From: Candidatus Yanofskybacteria bacterium RIFCSPHIGHO2_01_FULL_41_26
GTDB lineage: Bacteria > Patescibacteriota > Minisyncoccia > 2-02-FULL-40-12 > GWA2-44-9
Assembly: GCA_001794055.1 (NCBI GenBank)
Contig: MGJB01000006.1
Coordinates: 90,168 to 154,167 of the forward strand
DNA length: 64,000 bases
Direction: 5' to 3'
This document shows, piece after piece, positions 21,258 to 31,800 of the stretch; within the stretch, counting starts at the first letter, position 1, and each line of letters begins with the position of its first letter. The translations under genes were made by a program, and so were the position numbers. Under the pieces are notes generated by a model. That model saw only the letters and a list, made by a program, of their open reading frames with translations. It had not been told where the DNA came from and ran no database searches.

Positions 21258-23072
21258 TTATAAATTGCTTTCGGCTATCTTTATCATCTCCCCTATCTCA
21301 GGAGCTTTGTTTCCGAATGTCTGTGCGTTTTTCAAATAAATTAATGCCTGTTTATATTCTTTTTTAACAAAATATGCGGTACCCACCACCGCGCTTATAT
21401 CAGGATTGTCTAAACTTGATCCAAAATATTTACTCATCATTTCCAATGCTTTGTCCGGTTTATTCAGGGCAATTTGAACATAAGAATACTTTATTATATA
21501 TTCTGCCGTAGCATAAAAATTTATAACTTTAAGAAAATTATCACCCGCCTCCTGAAGCCGTCCTTGTTTTAAATATAACCTTGCCAGGTTTATAGAAGAA
21601 TTTGTTGCATCTGGATTCAATTCTAAAGACTTTTTAAATTTTTCTTCGGCTAAAACATAATTTTTCTCATGATCAGCGACAACTCCCAACAAGTTCTGAA
21701 GATGAGAATTATTTTCGTATATGTTTCTAGCAATTTGAAGCTGTTCTTTAGCTAAATCCCACTCACCAGCTCTTATGTGTACGCCGGCCAATGCTGTTCT
21801 GGTAATTAGGCTATTGGGAGATTCTTTAACTGTTGCATTAAACAATGTCTGACTGTCACGCCAGTCCTTATTTCTTACGATGGTTCTAACACCATAAAAA
21901 ATTAAAACAACAGTCAAAAATCCGTATACCACTTTAGCATCCAATTTTTTATATTCAATAACTTTCTTCAAGATCCAAGCAATAATAATCGTAAAACCAA
22001 AAGATGGAAAATACATTAATCTTTCCCCCATTATTGTTCCCACCGGTTTAATCAAATTAGAAATAATAAGGTAGGGGAACAGGAATAATACTGCACCAAA
22101 AGAGATCTCTTTGTTTACTTTTTTATAAAAAACAATAAGAACAACCAACAAGATGAGGATCAGGATTCCGACCGCAGATTCAAGAGAAACAAAGGGATTG
22201 CTTACTGTTTGTATGGTATTAAAAGAATAATCCGCAGAAAGATGGATCGGCCATACCAATCTTTCGACATACATAAACAAAACCTTAAACGCCGTGAAAA
22301 TTCTTTCTAAAAAAGATGAAAAAATCAAATGATTTTCTACAATAGTTGTCGTAGCAGCTCCAAAGAAATAACTGCCCAAAGCTTTGTATCTTAATATCGC
22401 ATAAAGTCCGAACGGTAAAAAGAAAAAAAGCATATTTCCGATTGATTCCTTTATTTTTTTATGTAAAACAACAAAGTCAATATATAAAATTACCGGCAAC
22501 ACCATTAAGGCCGACTCCTTGCTTAATAGAGCCAATAAAAACGATATAGAACTTAATATCTTATTTTTATTAACAAAAAAATAAATACTGATGATACTGA
22601 ACAAGAACGATAAAAGCTCTGCTCTTCCAACAATAGAAGTTACCGCTTCAGTATGAATAGGATGGGTCAAAAACAACAAAAAAGTTGCGTAGGACAGGAA
22701 CTTATTTTTAAATAAAAAGTAAATCAGCCAAAAAACCAAAAAAGAATTTAGGACATGAATAATAATATTGACGACATGAAAACCAGCCGCTTGTCCCGAG
22801 CTTGTGGAAGAAGAAAGCGAACTATTTATATAATGATTGATGGCATAAGAAGCCATGGCCAAAGGGCGATAAAGTCCTGTTTTGGGCATATTTTGATGAT
22901 AAGGAGAGATAAAGAGATTAAAAAAATTACTTGGGTCTGTTAGATCGCCCCGATTTTGAACTACTGTTACGTCGTCAAACACAAACTCACCTGAAATACC
23001 GTTTCCGAAAACCAAAAAAGACAGAATAATTGCCAAAATAAAAATAATAACAAATTCCCGATTGAAAATCAT
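21258..23072 (-). CDS. TMTC/DUF1736-like polytopic membrane protein with C-terminal TPR repeats (putative GT-C glycosyltransferase)
   Basis: N-terminal roughly 400 aa multi-TM with a first-loop FDD motif (GEFVFDDVTVVQN). C-terminal TPRs (NLLGVVADHEKNYVLAEEKFKKSLELNPD...). Confidence 0.6.
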   Translation of the reverse strand: MIFNREFVIIFILAIILSFLVFGNGISGEFVFDDVTVVQNRGDLTDPSNFFNLFISPYHQNMPKTGLYRPLAMASYAINHYINSSLSSSTSSGQAAGFHVVNIIIHVLNSFLVFWLIYFLFKNKFLSYATFLLFLTHPIHTEAVTSIVGRAELLSFLFSIISIYFFVNKNKILSSISFLLALLSKESALMVLPVILYIDFVVLHKKIKESIGNMLFFFLPFGLYAILRYKALGSYFFGAATTTIVENHLIFSSFLERIFTAFKVLFMYVERLVWPIHLSADYSFNTIQTVSNPFVSLESAVGILILILLVVLIVFYKKVNKEISFGAVLFLFPYLIISNLIKPVGTIMGERLMYFPSFGFTIIIAWILKKVIEYKKLDAKVVYGFLTVVLIFYGVRTIVRNKDWRDSQTLFNATVKESPNSLITRTALAGVHIRAGEWDLAKEQLQIARNIYENNSHLQNLLGVVADHEKNYVLAEEKFKKSLELNPDATNSSINLARLYLKQGRLQEAGDNFLKVINFYATAEYIIKYSYVQIALNKPDKALEMMSKYFGSSLDNPDISAVVGTAYFVKKEYKQALIYLKNAQTFGNKAPEIGEMIKIAESNL

Positions 23073-24928
23073 TTTTGCAATTCTTTGATAAAACTTTTCA
23101 TCAATTCGCCAGTTTGAGGATCTAACTCGGCGTATTTTAACCCTGTTTGTAAATCTTTTAGGGCTTGGTCTTTATTATTAAGCGCGACATAAACCAGCGC
23201 CGAATTGTAATAAACACGAAGATTATTCGGGAGAAGAAGCTTAAGCTTTTCGATATTTTCAACGGCTTTAGTCAGGTTGCCTTGTTGAGCATATATAACC
23301 GACAAATTTTGATAAGGATAATAGAAGTTGGGATTAATTTCTATCGCTTTTTCGTATAACTTGATTGCTCCGTAAATATCCCCCCTAGATTGCAAAATAG
23401 TGCCTAAATTAAAATGAGGTTCGGCAAATATGTCACCTAGAGAGGCAGCGATTTTATAATATTTCTCGGCATTTTCCATGTCTTTTTTATTGTAATAGAT
23501 ATTTCCCACATTATTATTTATCCTGGAACTGTCCGGTTCATATTTTAGGATGTCAAGATAAAAAGCAAGCTGATTACCCCACAGAAGATTGCGCTGAATT
23601 GATTGATAAGCAAAGAAAGAAAAGTAGGCAACTAATACGGTGATCATCAAGATTCGACAGAGTTTCCAAGGGGTGGAAATCCCACTCCGAGAATTTTGGA
23701 TTTTCAAAAAGGTCGAATCTTTAAAATCCAAAAGTTTAACCAAATAAAAAGAAAAAACGAGCCAAAAACCAACCATTGGCAGATAGAGCCAATGCTCATA
23801 CATTAATGCATTTACCGGTGTAATACCGGAAACAGGTCCAAGAGAAATAAAAAACAACGCCACGCCAAAAAACCAGACCTGAAAAATTGCGGGTCGTAGG
23901 TTGTGAGTTGTGAGTTGACGCTTATACAGATGCCTTAGCCAAATCAATAATCCGATAAGGCCCAAAAAAATCGGCCAAACCGGCCACTGAAACAACGAGG
24001 TGTAGACAACAGCGCCTCTCTCCATGTGAAGACCCGTCGGAACTATCAAAAGTTTTAGATATTCCCACAGTATGGGCAGAAAGGTAAATACTCTGACATA
24101 TAGATTTTCAGAATAAATATTAGGTTCAGCGTAAAAATTAAGGGTATTCTGAAAATTTAAAACCGTAAGCCTCAAAATTCCATAAACGACAACTACTGCA
24201 AAATAAGGCCAAATTTTAATTAGGCCATGTTTTACGGATTTCAAAAATCGTTCTTTTGAGATAAAAGAAATATAAAAAGCGACAGCCAAAAACGGGAAAA
24301 TTATCGCAGTTTCCCGACTTAAAAGAGCCAAGACCAGAAAAACTAAGGACAGCACTCTATTCAAGGTTAAACCTTGTATCCTTCCAAGGTTTAACCTTGG
24401 AGTAGTTTCTGATCGATAGAACAAAATCAATGTCGCCAACATGAATGTCGTCACCAAAGCGTCTCCCCTGCCCGATATGTAGGTTATTGCCTCCGTTTGC
24501 AAAGGATGAATCAAAAATATCAAAGAAGTTAAAAATGCCACTGCCAAAGTTCGACCCTTTGAAATCCCAAGGTCAAACTTTTTTAACAATAAGAAAATTA
24601 AAATACCATTGGCCACATGAATCAAATTGCTCAGTAAATGATAGCTTAGCGGTTTAATACCTGAAATTATATAATTTAAAGCAAACGTAAAAAATAAAAA
24701 AGGTCTGTAATAATTACTTTTCAAGCCCACTCCCGCAAGAGTATTATGGGTAAGCCAGAATTTAATATTATCCCAGCTTATTGTGTGGACAAAATTATTT
24801 CTTATTATCCAATCCTCATCATCCCAAAACAACTGGTTATTCAAATTAAATGAGTAAATAAAGCCGCTTATGACGATAAGGACTACGATCGGCAGCCAAA
24901 CTTCTTTTTTTAACAGTAGTTTATTCAT
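23069..24928 (-). CDS. TMTC/DUF1736-like polytopic membrane protein with C-terminal TPR repeats (paralog)
   Basis: First-loop WDDED motif. C-terminal TPRs (NVGNIYYNKKDMENAEKYYKIAASLGD...GAIKLYEKAIEINPN...). Confidence 0.6.
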   Translation of the reverse strand: MNKLLLKKEVWLPIVVLIVISGFIYSFNLNNQLFWDDEDWIIRNNFVHTISWDNIKFWLTHNTLAGVGLKSNYYRPFLFFTFALNYIISGIKPLSYHLLSNLIHVANGILIFLLLKKFDLGISKGRTLAVAFLTSLIFLIHPLQTEAITYISGRGDALVTTFMLATLILFYRSETTPRLNLGRIQGLTLNRVLSLVFLVLALLSRETAIIFPFLAVAFYISFISKERFLKSVKHGLIKIWPYFAVVVVYGILRLTVLNFQNTLNFYAEPNIYSENLYVRVFTFLPILWEYLKLLIVPTGLHMERGAVVYTSLFQWPVWPIFLGLIGLLIWLRHLYKRQLTTHNLRPAIFQVWFFGVALFFISLGPVSGITPVNALMYEHWLYLPMVGFWLVFSFYLVKLLDFKDSTFLKIQNSRSGISTPWKLCRILMITVLVAYFSFFAYQSIQRNLLWGNQLAFYLDILKYEPDSSRINNNVGNIYYNKKDMENAEKYYKIAASLGDIFAEPHFNLGTILQSRGDIYGAIKLYEKAIEINPNFYYPYQNLSVIYAQQGNLTKAVENIEKLKLLLPNNLRVYYNSALVYVALNNKDQALKDLQTGLKYAELDPQTGELMKSFIKELQK

Positions 24929-26948
24929 TGAAATATTTACTTAAAAAATCTTTTGCCTGCGTATTGTTTTTATCCAATCTCACAGCTTCTTTGAAAAAGG
25001 CCTGGGCGTTTTCAAGCCGGCTTAAGTTCATATAAACCACTCCCAAAATAAAATAATATTGACTCTCTTTCAAGCCTAAATCAATCGCCATTTTTATATT
25101 TTCCGCCCCCAATTGCTGATTTTGTTTATCCGAGTAAGAAACGTGAATAAATCCTTTGTGGAGATAAGGATATGGATTTTTGGGATCAATTTTTATAACT
25201 TCATCGGCAAAATAAGCCGATGCTTCCAGCCAATCAATTTTAAACAAAACGCGTGACAAAATAAGATTTAGGTCGGCCTTGTTTTTATTTGAGTTTTTTA
25301 TATTAGCAGATATTTTATCTATGGCATTTTTATCAATAATGGAAAATTTAGAAATAACCCCGGTGTTTTTACTATTATTCTTAAGCAGAATGATTGCATC
25401 TTCGTTAATATAAACAATTTTCCAGTCCAGGTTTTTGGCAATATTTCTTAAAAAATTATCGGCCCAAGGCGTAACATCATTATATCCAAAAAATATGAAG
25501 TTGATGCCATATTTCCCTGAAAATTCAAGCCACTTTTTCTTATCCTCTTGCATCGGCTTATATGTCTCGCTAAAAAACTCAACCGAATATGCTTCTGGCC
25601 TGTTGTCAACAAAAACTTTCTCTTGGGGGTACAGCTGCCATATCAAATATCCTCCAATATCAAAATTATTAAACATTGGTCCTTTGATATTGTTTTGTTT
25701 GACAAAATCAACAGCTCTTTCCAGTCCATTCGGAACAGAAAAACCGGATACCCTGGAAACTCCCATATACCTGTAATATGTATTATTTGCCACAAAAAAA
25801 ATAAGCAAAATAATCAACGCGGAAAACAGAACTTTAAAAAAACTGCTCAATCTTTTAACTTGAGGTTTAACTTCAAGTTTATAGAGATTAAACCTCTGTA
25901 GAACATCTGCCAGTAGGATCGCCAATATCGGGAAAGACGCAAGCGCGTACAACGGCAAATTGCGTAACATCCTGAATCCAGCATACACAAAAAATGCCAT
26001 AGTAAGTATTTCAAAGACCCTTTGTTTCGATTTTTTTGCGGTCAGTATCAAAGAAATAACTAAAAGTACCACCGAAAGTTTAAAAATAAAAACCGGCAAA
26101 AGAAAACCTCTAAGGTTGGCCAGAAAAGAAAGGGTTTGATTCTCAACTATGTTGTATCCGTACTCGTTCAGCACTTTAAAGGGCAAAAGTGCACCTTGAA
26201 TTCCGTTCGGATTTATAAGTGTTGCCAAGCTGGTTAGTGATCCAATCAACACTATTCTGATAAGGTCCGACCTTTTAGAAACAAGCCGGTCTATGAGAAA
26301 TGCTAACAACAGAAATGGTCCGATAAAAAAATAAATGTGCAAATTTACCCAAAACAATTCCAAAATCGGCAAAAACCAGAGAAAAAAATAATTTTTTTCA
26401 TATTTTGCCTTTAATATAGCAAACAAGAAAAATGACAAAATGACGAAACTGAATATCTCCGGTCGGACTTCCGTTCGCTGGATAAATATGAACATTGAGA
26501 GAAGGAAAGATACTAAAAGAGACCAGAAACCTGTGGATAACCGACTTCGCAAGTCGGTTATCCACAGGTGTTTTATAGTAAAAAATAGTAACAAAAACGC
26601 AATCAGTACCAAGGCGGTTTTAACAAGAGTTAATCCGATAAATCCAAAGTAACTGAAAATACCAAAAAATATTACCTCGCTTAACCAGTGATGGTTGATA
26701 AAAGGGAAATCCGGCTCGGTAAAAGAAAATAAATTTGTCTTTGGAACCTCTTTTGTCTGCCAAATAATCTCGCCAACCTTAAGATGCCGACCGATATCTT
26801 GGCCGATAGTGTCAAAGTTGTGAATCAAAAAACTCCCCAAAAGTACAAAAATGAGAACAAATAAATAGTTTTTCTTAAGGAAGTACAACAATGGTTTTAC
26901 CATCGCATTGTTTTTCAAAAAGTTTGACATAGCCCCCTTCAGTAACAA
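24921..26948 (-). CDS. polytopic membrane protein with C-terminal TPR repeats (third paralog-like member of the array)
   Basis: Multi-TM N-terminal region. C-terminal TPR-like repeats (YFILGVVYMNLSRLENAQAFFKEAVRLDKNN). Contains an in-frame intact 39-bp REP (26530-26568) encoding HLWITDLRSRLST. Confidence 0.55.
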   Translation of the reverse strand: MLLKGAMSNFLKNNAMVKPLLYFLKKNYLFVLIFVLLGSFLIHNFDTIGQDIGRHLKVGEIIWQTKEVPKTNLFSFTEPDFPFINHHWLSEVIFFGIFSYFGFIGLTLVKTALVLIAFLLLFFTIKHLWITDLRSRLSTGFWSLLVSFLLSMFIFIQRTEVRPEIFSFVILSFFLFAILKAKYEKNYFFLWFLPILELFWVNLHIYFFIGPFLLLAFLIDRLVSKRSDLIRIVLIGSLTSLATLINPNGIQGALLPFKVLNEYGYNIVENQTLSFLANLRGFLLPVFIFKLSVVLLVISLILTAKKSKQRVFEILTMAFFVYAGFRMLRNLPLYALASFPILAILLADVLQRFNLYKLEVKPQVKRLSSFFKVLFSALIILLIFFVANNTYYRYMGVSRVSGFSVPNGLERAVDFVKQNNIKGPMFNNFDIGGYLIWQLYPQEKVFVDNRPEAYSVEFFSETYKPMQEDKKKWLEFSGKYGINFIFFGYNDVTPWADNFLRNIAKNLDWKIVYINEDAIILLKNNSKNTGVISKFSIIDKNAIDKISANIKNSNKNKADLNLILSRVLFKIDWLEASAYFADEVIKIDPKNPYPYLHKGFIHVSYSDKQNQQLGAENIKMAIDLGLKESQYYFILGVVYMNLSRLENAQAFFKEAVRLDKNNTQAKDFLSKYFNE
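26530..26568. repeat. REP palindrome (39 bp, perfect) inserted in-frame in a CDS
   Basis: cctgtggataaccgacttcgcaagtcggttatccacagg. Same sequence as the RAYT-flanking copies. Confidence 0.85.
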
Positions 26949-27522
26949 AATTTCCCCGTGTATCCACTAGCCGGCCGTATTGGATTTTGGCGGCCATTTC
27001 ATATCGCTTGTACTTGGGGCTATCCGGCAATATCACGCCCAACAAACTTTCTCCGTTGGGAATAGGGATATTGGAAAATATATTCGGTCCGACCGATATG
27101 TCATCCTGGGGAGTTACCGTCCAAAAAACATTTCTTCCCGGATGATCAATCCCTTTGTAGACAAACAGGGCATCCTGATTGTCATAAGTATTATGATCCA
27201 AAAATTTTATTTCGCCTTTCAATTCACAAGAAGCATCAGCCAAGAGCAGCGACCAGGGCACAGTTTCGCCAACAAAAGATGTCTGGCCATTGCCGGTGGG
27301 AAGCGGAACTGGAACCTTAGTTACGTTTGGTCTTACTGCGCCCTCCGTAGCCCCTGGCGAAGGACGGAGAATAGGAGGAGACGAGACTGTCGGAGATACT
27401 GATGGCTCCGGATAATTAACGACATCAGGTGCCTGAAGGATATTAGATGTCCAAATATAAAACCCTACAAAAAATAAGCCTGCCACTAAAATAACCACCA
27501 AAATAATATTGTTTTTAGACAT
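26875..27522 (-). CDS. hypothetical secreted Pro-rich protein
   Basis: N-terminal TM/signal (MSKNNIILVVILVAGLFFVGFYIW), then a Pro/Ser-rich linker. Overlaps the upstream gene start region. Confidence 0.45.
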   Translation of the reverse strand: MSKNNIILVVILVAGLFFVGFYIWTSNILQAPDVVNYPEPSVSPTVSSPPILRPSPGATEGAVRPNVTKVPVPLPTGNGQTSFVGETVPWSLLLADASCELKGEIKFLDHNTYDNQDALFVYKGIDHPGRNVFWTVTPQDDISVGPNIFSNIPIPNGESLLGVILPDSPKYKRYEMAAKIQYGRLVDTRGNFVTEGGYVKLFEKQCDGKTIVVLP

Positions 27523-27540
27523 GAGAAGATGTTAACCAAA

Positions 27541-28719
27541 TTAACGTGAAAAGTCAAAATATCCAGAAAAAAGAGCTCTCAAACCACTCACAACAAATGT
27601 CCATGGACTTGACGATTTAACTTGAAACTCAGGAATAGTAAGAGGAATAGAAACAAAATCAGGGTCATGTTCTGATTTGCGATAATGACCATAAATATAG
27701 ACTTTGTATTGCTTTGTGAAGTCCAGCCCAAGGCCATCATAAATAAATGACTTATCTTGATTACCCTCCGTTACTTTCATCTGTTTGGTCCAAAGGGGAA
27801 TTTGAGCATTTTTATCATCAGAAATCATAATCAAATAGTCAGGGGTAGAGTCAACGGGCCAACTGCTAGCTATGCTCCACTTAAAAGTTGGATAGATTCC
27901 TGCTGTTCGCTGGTTATCAGTTGGACTTAAAATATCCACGGGGCTCAAGAACATCAATTTGGTTTCCGATGATGGCCGGGTTTCCTGTCCGTCTTTATCC
28001 GCGCCCACGACATAATAGATGTACTCCCCTTCTGAATAGTTTGCCGCCGGCAAGTATGCAACCGCGTCCCTTCCGCCGGGAGGCACGATTCTCTGAATAG
28101 ACCAGTACCCGCATTGGCCCGCTTCGGTCATCATCCATTCTCCGTCAATATCTATGTCTTCACAACCGGTTGAGGGCATCTCTTCAAAAGTAGCAACTCG
28201 GACAAAATATGCATGACCTGGCTTTTTTTCATACAATCGGAAATTCTCAATTTTGTCCGCCTCTTCATCAGAATATTTAAAAACAATCCTTTGGCCGATA
28301 CGGCCGAAGTTTGAGGTGATATGAGAAATAAGCCAATCAGCTCTTATGTAATCCGGGGCCGGAAATTGAAGATTAACTTTTGCTGGAATGAGCGGAACAG
28401 AAGAAACACTCGGAATTGGAGTCGTTGTGCCCTCCGTAGCCTTTGGCGAAGAGTGGGGCGAGGCCGACTCTAAAACAATTGGTTCTCCTTCTTTAATAGA
28501 TGCTACTTCTTTTTTGGAAACAACTTTTACGCTTTGCCATTTAAAATTACGAAAGTTAAACACTTCAATACTGCTTACCCACTTCTTTGTATTGTTATTG
28601 ATTAAGTAAACCTTAATATCGCCTTTGGCCCTTAACAGTGTTCCGTCCAGATAGCCGGCATTTGCGGCAAAGGAAAACGAGAAGAACAAGACCAAAATTA
28701 AAAACCTAATTTTTGACAT
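27541..28719 (-). CDS. hypothetical secreted protein
   Basis: Signal peptide MSKIRFLILVLFFSFSFAANA. Ser/Pro linker (SPKATEGTTTPIPSVSSVP) sharing a roughly 25-nt motif with the neighbouring gene. Confidence 0.5.
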   Translation of the reverse strand: MSKIRFLILVLFFSFSFAANAGYLDGTLLRAKGDIKVYLINNNTKKWVSSIEVFNFRNFKWQSVKVVSKKEVASIKEGEPIVLESASPHSSPKATEGTTTPIPSVSSVPLIPAKVNLQFPAPDYIRADWLISHITSNFGRIGQRIVFKYSDEEADKIENFRLYEKKPGHAYFVRVATFEEMPSTGCEDIDIDGEWMMTEAGQCGYWSIQRIVPPGGRDAVAYLPAANYSEGEYIYYVVGADKDGQETRPSSETKLMFLSPVDILSPTDNQRTAGIYPTFKWSIASSWPVDSTPDYLIMISDDKNAQIPLWTKQMKVTEGNQDKSFIYDGLGLDFTKQYKVYIYGHYRKSEHDPDFVSIPLTIPEFQVKSSSPWTFVVSGLRALFSGYFDFSR

Positions 28720-28755
28720 GTCTTAATGATACCATAAAGTCGGGCCCTGAAGAAA

Positions 28756-28783
28756 TCAAAACCCGCCTTTCGGCGGGTTTTGA
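28756..28783 (-). terminator. intrinsic terminator of the large surface-protein gene
   Basis: tcaaaacccgcc-tttc-ggcgggttttga, a 12-bp perfect stem with flanking A/T runs (bidirectional). Confidence 0.7.
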
Positions 28784-28830
28784 TTCTCTAACAGTTCCTT
28801 AGAAATCAGAACTGTCGGATGTTTACCAGA

Positions 28831-31800
28831 TTACCTCTGGAAGGTCGGACCATACAACGGCAAGCTTCTTATGATACCCGTCGCTGAAGGCGTATCTAAA
28901 GAATTTGTCGTATTGTCATAGTTGCCTACCCAGTTGATCAAGCCAGCCAGATCATCCTGCAAAGTTACTTGGAAGTAATCGGCAGCTCTGCCTGTAGTTC
29001 CAGCATTTGCATAGTGCTGTGTCGGGTTGTTCAATCTGATACTGAAGGTCCTTGTTTCTCCTCCAGCAATTTCTATATCCTGACCGGTAAAGTTGAAGGA
29101 TATGGAAGCGTTCCAGTCCGGTCGGACACCAGAGGAACCATTCCCCATGCTAATGGTCTGACTTGTATCAGCCGCACCGGGAGTGCCAAGGCCTCTAAGA
29201 GCGCTCGGACCGTCAATCACGGTTCCCTGTTCATCCAAGACAGAGAAGGTAGTGCTGGTTGTCGTATTTACATGTGAGTCACCAGAAGCTACCACTTCAA
29301 AGTTGATGGAACCGGATCCGTTATGTTCATTGTCAAATCTCAAGTTGGCAGTGGCAAGACCCATCGCCGTTACCGAGAATTTGAACACAGTCGGAGTGCC
29401 TATCAAGCTGTATGGCGAAGATAGGGCAACCTGCTCAATCTTCGGAAATACTCTATAAACGGTCTGGTTATACGCACCAGACACATCATTAATGTTCGTG
29501 CTGGTACCATCCAGTACGGTGCCCGAACCCTCACCAACTGCTCTGAATCCGTTAGTGAAGCTCCCGTCATACCTGTCAACCAAATCCAACGAGAAGGCGA
29601 CCAGTGTGGTGTCAGCAGTTGTACCTGTAGTTTGGGTAGCTCCTTCATCCTTGGTCTTCATGTCGGCGTTCACGGCAATTTCCAAACTTGCGTCTTTCGG
29701 AACATAAGGTCTGTCTGCATCTGTGGTTGACCAATTGAAGTTCGCGGAAGCCGCATTGCTAAACGACTGGAACTTGGTCATCGTAGCTCCCGATTTAGTC
29801 TTGTAGGTCAAGATAACATTTTTGACATTTTTGGCGCTCGTATCTTCGTCAGAAGAGGAAGCGGCAATCGTCAATTTCTCAATATATTGAGCCTCATCTG
29901 TAGCGGTTAATCTGAACTTGGAGACCGGAGCGTTTACCTGGCCCCAATATAAGGCGCCTTTTACAGGACTTGAAGCGGCAGTGGCCAATGTCATTGAACC
30001 GCTATTCTTCACGGTCAAGACCTGGGTCGGGGTTGTAGTGCCATTAACTGCAGCAGCGCCGGGATTTACGGTGTTGGAATCAGAATCCAACGAGGTAACA
30101 TCTCCTGTTGCGGCGATGTCGAAGGAATAGACGTCACCAGCTGTACCTGAAGCGGTATTGTTGGACAAATCAACCCTTACCAACATTGTCTTTGACGTTC
30201 CTGCTGGAATATTCCAGTCCAAGTTCGAGAAAGTCATCGTACCTGTTCCGGAAGTACCCAACAAATTACTTGAAATCTTGTCTGAACCGGCAATCAAAAC
30301 ACCCGTTCCGGCTTCATATAACTGAACCTTGGCCGTTGCATTAGCAATTGATATTCCCGTATCTGTCGTATCAGTACCTTCGTCCAAAGTTGCGCCTGAA
30401 TCAGCGGCATAACCAGTAATCTTAATAGTAGTTACCTTGAGCGCAGAAGCCTGGCCTGCGGCAAAGGTAATACCAACCGCATCAACATCCTTCATGCCCC
30501 TTATCTTTGTCTGGTCAGTCGGAGAACCGGCTAAGCTCAAAGTCAAAGCGGAAGAAGTAATAGTAATGTTAGAACCGGCAATATCCGAACGGGGAACGAT
30601 ATCCGCGGAAGCAACCGCAGTATTTGTTCCGGCATACTTCATCTTGGATACAGCGGCAGTATCATCGCTGTAATCATCCAATATGACCTTGAATACGCTG
30701 TCAGTATCAAGCAATTGAGTGCCACTGCCAAGCGAAGTGTCTACGTCGCCGGTAACTTTGAAGTTGTAAGTTACGCCGGCAAGCAGATCAAGGGTGTCGG
30801 TAAATTGTTCTTGAGCGCCTGTTGCGTTGTCGGGACAGCTGCCAGAATCATCAGCATGGTCAAATGCCGTGCCGTCTTTAGGACCCATCACAACAGTGTT
30901 GGTATCCTCATTCCAGACCTTGACATCGTTTAGGTCGTCCCAGTCACCTTCGGTTGCGGCATTATCATATGTGCCGTCATTTCCAGAATCAGCACAAATA
31001 GTGAACTCGGTCTGTTTGATCTCTATGTTTGAAGCGGCGGTCATCGAGAATCTCAACAGAGTAACATCAGCTACCTGTGTACCAATCGTAGTGGCATTAG
31101 GACCGTTGTAAACCAAGGTCAATGCTCCACCCATAAGCGTCAAGGTAGTTGCTTCAGCGGCAGTGTCAAGAGCGGCAATACCCTGAGCAGCGGTAGCATT
31201 AGTAGTATCCATACCTTGGCCATATTGGTCGCCCACTGCCCAAACATCCGGAGCGGTCTCAAAGTAAAGGTCAACTGTCTCGTCTTTCTTTCCACCCACA
31301 TCTCCGTAAACCTTGAAGGTGGCATTGCCTCCTTTAGAGATAGTATATCCAGAACCAAGATCAAAAACGAGATAGTTGGTGCTTGTAACTGAACCCGCCC
31401 ACTCCATTGCTCCGGTCTTTAGCTTAACATTAGTCAAATCAGCCGGCTTTAATGTGCCGTCGTTCAACATTGTCAAGCGCTTTACTGAAGCGGCTTCGGT
31501 ATTTGCCGTAAGCTTAAATTCGGAAAGCTGGGCTTGCTTCTGTCCAACCGTCGGGTCGGAAAGTGAACCAACTTTAGCGACATCCAGTCGGCCAGACGAA
31601 GCGCCGGAGATGGCAAAGTTGTTGCCGCTCAAAGGCGCTCCGGATACTACTGAACCTCCCGCTGCGGTTACACCCAGCAACTGAAAGTAGTTAACATTAC
31701 CGGCTCCTCCAGTAAGTATGTCGCCAACAAATGAGAGGTCTTTTGAACCGTCCACAGCAATATTCAATAAGAATGATGCCTCACCCGATGCAGACGAAAA

